From: Pseudogymnoascus verrucosus
Lineage: Eukaryota
NCBI GenBank assembly: GCA_001662655.1
Contig: KV460219.1
Strand: one strand, 5' to 3'
Length of the DNA stretch: 64,000 bases
The notes below the pieces were generated by a model. The model was not told the origin of the DNA and searched no databases. It saw only the letters and a program-made list of their open reading frames with translations. Position numbers and translations under genes: made by a program. The number at the start of each line of letters is the position of its first letter. Position 1 is the stretch's first letter. Positions 61,477 through 64,000 of this stretch are shown piece by piece.

Positions 61477-63962
61477 CTACCGCGTTGTTACGGTCCTCTT
61501 CCGTGCCAGCCAGTCGCCGAGCATATTATCCAGCCGCTGTATCTCATTAGTCTCACATCACTTCAAAAATAGAACCATCAAAACTCACCAATCCCAAATC
61601 CCTAACCCTCGCCTCCTCCGCCCTAAACAGCCCCCCAACAAGCGGGTGCTCCGGCCCCGCCGGCTCCACCCCCGTCTTATCATACACCACGACCAGCAAA
61701 TCCCTCACATCCGCGCCATCATCAAAGAACGACCTCAGCTGCGAATCACTCCACGTGCTCGCACTCGTCCTCGTGCTCGCCGGCGCCGCAGTATCAGAAC
61801 TCTTCATCATTGCATCGCTCGTCCCCAGCTCCGGCGAGGGTGAGGACTCGGGACTACTCGCGTCCCCTGCCACGAGCGCAGGCGGGTGTGCGCGCGACAA
61901 CGGCTCGACTTCCGCGGTAGGAGCGGTAAGTGTGTCGTCTGAGCGCGTCGAGGCGTAGCTGTCGGGGAATGCGCCGGGAACAGGACGCACGGGCTTGGTG
62001 GTGACTTCGACGGGACTATCCGAGTCGTCGAGTTCGAGGCGCGCTTTCGCCTTCTTGAGGCGCTCGGGCTTGGGTTCAGAGTCGCTGCGCGAGCGGAGGA
62101 TCTTGGTGATTGCGCCAACGGCCGTGGTTTTCGGTGTGTCATTGGCGCCCTTGGGCGCGTCGCTCGTGATGGTCGTGGTGGTTGTGGCGGTGGGCGCGAG
62201 GACGGTGGCGCCCTCGGGTTGGACGAGGCGCATTGTCTCTTTGCCGGCTGCGCTGGCGGAGCGCTCAAGTGTTGCTTGGGGCTCGGTCTGCGAGATGTCT
62301 TCGTTTTCGTGCTTGCCGAGCTTCGAGGGCGCTTCGGCGCGCATCTTCTGCAGTTTGCTTGGGTTACGCTGTGGGGAGCCGTTGCGACCGCGTGCCGATG
62401 CCGTGTCATCAATAGTCGCAGCTGTAACCTCTTCCGAGTCTCTGCTTGGCGCGGGTGAGGTGGTGCGCTCGCTCGAGGCTTTGCCGGGGCCGATGATGAG
62501 GTCGTCGGGGTCTTCGTCTGCGGACTTCGATTTCTTGTCCTTGCGCTTGAAGAGACCACTGAGCATGCCTGGCTTCTTGTCCTTGTCCTTTTTATCCTTC
62601 TTATCCTTCTTGTCCTTGGCCTTGTCCGATGTCGAATCTTTCTCCAGCTTGTCCAGGCTGCGGCGCTCGCGGATCTCTTTGGACTCGTTCGACGTCCTCG
62701 CCGTCGATGCGCTCGAGTCGTCTCGGAGAAGGTTAGGGGTAATGGTGATCTTGCGCGTCTCTACCGTATCGTCCTTGAAGAACGAATCGGTGTTCCGGAC
62801 CGTGCCGTTGCGCGACTTCGACGTGCCCTCGGGCCGTCCCTCGAATATCTCGTCGCTCGTCCGCGTGACCTCTCCACTCGGATCTGCATCATCGTCGGAG
62901 TCGTCGCCGTCGTCTGTAGTTCCAGCCTTAACCTCGCGTGTTGCCGCCTTCTCGGAGTCTGGCTCCGTAGACGTGGCATCCTCTTCCTTCGCCGCTGCGT
63001 TCTCCTCTTCCGTCTTCTCGTCGTGGTAAGCGAAGTAGGCGTTCTCGCCATCCTCTTCGTCGCTGGAGTATTCGACGTCAGACGCCTCAACATATGTGTG
63101 AGTCTGGTTGAAAGTGACGTTCTTTGCGTTACGTCTGCGGATAGCCTTCTTCAATGGATTCTTGGGCTTATCGGCTTGATCACCTAGCATGGTTGCAGAG
63201 AGCTGCAGTTGTCAGTACGAGGTCATGTGAGAGGTAGATTGTCATACATCAATGTTTCTGTGCTTATTTAATCGTGCCAGTCGTTCTGTCGGGGTTTCGA
63301 TATGTTCTGCTGGTAAGTAGCCTAGAGAAGTGTGAGAAATTGTAATTCCAATAGATGCCAATTAACTCACCAATGCTGCTGTCCTTGACGACCCTGACCA
63401 GCCACCAGTAGCTGTTGCTGTCATCCAGAAGCACCATCGTATCGCCCTTTGTCGCATTTGCTTGTCCCTCGACCGTCGCCACGAAAGTGTGTAAGGCGTA
63501 AACGAATTCGAAATCGATGTCCTCTGTATCTTGTAAGCATTCTGCGCCCCACCCAGAATCAATGAACCTCGGATCTTCAGGATAGGGGAACTCATCGTCT
63601 CCCTCATCCGAACTTTCGCAGGGGAAACACAAGTTATCGTCGTAGGAATCTTCGCTGCCCTCGGAACTGTCCGAGGCAGACTCGGGATGCACTGCAAACA
63701 CGTCGTCGGAATTGTAGGGATCGTAGTCATCATCGTAGGCTTCAATTTCGCCCGGGTCAGAGGCCTCATAGCTGCTCTCTTCTTCCCAGACACGAGCGAT
63801 CGCTGTCAAACTGTTGACTGACACTTGTAGATGGCTGTCGCCAAGGCGATGCGCAAATGATGGCTCGATGAATAACGGAACGGAAGGTAGAAACGCAGGG
63901 TGGTCCTGGTATGGCGAAGAAGAAACCATGCTGGTCTCGTCGGCCAGGGAAGAGTAGCTCAT
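61477..63962 (-). CDS. SH3-domain polarity protein Bud14/Tea4-like, three introns; true start may lie beyond the window
   Basis: IDFEFVYALHTFVATVEGQANATKGD...YWWLVRV..GYLPAEHIETP SH3; KNVTF PP1-docking motif; C-terminal WSDSQLRSFFD...RLDNMLGDWLARK. Confidence 0.88.
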
Positions 63963-64000
63963 GGAGGTGGTTGTAGAATTGTTATATCCGAGGGGCCAGG

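Overview
Genomic DNA of a filamentous ascomycete, judged from short GT-AG introns with CTRAC/CTAAT branch sites and RIP-mutated repeats. The window has two parts. Bases 1-17.8 kb are a nested, RIP-inactivated transposon block: two unrelated Ty3/Gypsy chromoviruses (A, 1-6675; B, 8402-17159, TSD ATACT, three LTRs), LTR fragments, and an old intron-rich DNA transposase that B interrupts. Bases 18-64 kb are gene-rich: GPI-anchored Cu-only SOD, a bounded hAT element (TSD TTACAGTC), P4-ATPase flippase, NmrA-like, SNX4, MDM38, ADK2, YTH1, a GH18 protein, tRNA-Leu(CAG), LAC1, STE50, Zn-ADH, GFA and Bud14/Tea4. The main finding is that both retrotransposons carry, between pol and the 3' LTR, a hidden antisense gene for a six-cysteine Zn-cluster-like protein, visible only after reversing RIP changes. 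In A it fits Zn2Cys6 spacing plus a coiled coil, and the A LTR holds nine regularly spaced palindromic GGYRCC boxes. In B it has two spliceosomal introns and a KKRKR NLS-like tail. Together these suggest an element-encoded antisense regulator, which is inference. Both elements also show Tf1-type self-priming PBSs and -1 frameshift signals. The GH18 gene has a catalytic E->Q change. All translations and coordinates were read by hand; no searches were run.
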